DNA of 64,000 nt from a virus (Duplodnaviria; Heunggongvirae; Uroviricota; Caudoviricetes): IMG/VR virus record IMGVR_UViG_3300044799_000708; one strand, given 5' to 3'. Positions 63,921 through 64,000 of the stretch are shown in pieces (position 1 is the first letter of the stretch; every line of letters begins with the position of its first letter). The notes beneath the pieces were generated by a model. The model saw only the letters and a program-made list of their open reading frames with translations. It made no database searches and was not told the origin of the DNA. The position numbers were made by a program, and so were the translations under genes.

Positions 63921-64000
63921 TATGATATGTGAATGATGAATGGTTTATTTCCGTTTTTATTTTTTATTTTTCTTATTATATTTTTTTCGTTTTTTCTGTA

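Noticed and set aside
1-64000. CRISPR array, rRNA, restriction-modification or known defence systems (Cas, Abi, CBASS, retron)
   Set aside because: No spacer-repeat periodicity, no methyltransferase motifs, and no large ATPase/nuclease defence signatures were found on either strand.

Overview
This window is AT-rich (about one-third GC by eye) and almost entirely coding, with roughly 150 mostly small ORFs. More than 90% of genes lie on the minus strand, in two arrays (2.6-28.6 kb and 32.6-63.15 kb). Three plus-strand islands interrupt them (1-2.4 kb, 20.9-21.4 kb, 28.6-32.5 kb). The signals argue for an archaeal mobile or viral replicon rather than a bacterial chromosome. First genes of operons sit exactly 20 nt downstream of a CTTTTTAAAT TATA-like box, consistent with leaderless transcripts. 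Internal genes use a GGTGAT Shine-Dalgarno fused to the upstream stop codon (..AAG GTG ATA TGA TG..). The giant secreted proteins have a signal peptide, dozens of N-x-S/T sequons and a C-terminal TM anchor with a basic tail. There is a C2H2 zinc finger and two unrelated stand-alone TnpB genes. An ORB-like dyad (GTTCCACTGGAAAT) sits in the AT-rich, iteron-laden non-coding region at 63.2-64.0 kb, and the long minus-strand array is transcribed away from it, so this is a candidate origin. Recognisable content includes a LAGLIDADG endonuclease, two HNH nucleases, and two paralogous homing-endonuclease-like proteins (zinc ribbon/NUMOD modules fused to a Vsr/DUF559-like nuclease). It also includes YopX, RHH and wHTH regulators, an SPFH/band-7 protein, a LemA-TPM-DUF2207 triad and a DprA/SLOG-like protein. 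There are two radical-SAM enzymes, one of which is an rSAM-SPASM enzyme preceded by two translationally coupled peptide ORFs, a candidate RiPP cassette. The 28.6-32.5 kb plus-strand island carries a degraded Zot-like ATPase and looks inovirus-like. About 60 small ORFan proteins between 6.2 and 20.7 kb appear to form one huge translationally coupled polycistron. The overall organisation (single-strand gene arrays, low GC, ORFan-rich, many membrane and glyco-proteins) resembles large archaeal viruses or giant extrachromosomal elements; Borg-like is a hypothesis only. Many additional ORFs under 60 aa fill the apparent gaps and are listed only where checked by hand.
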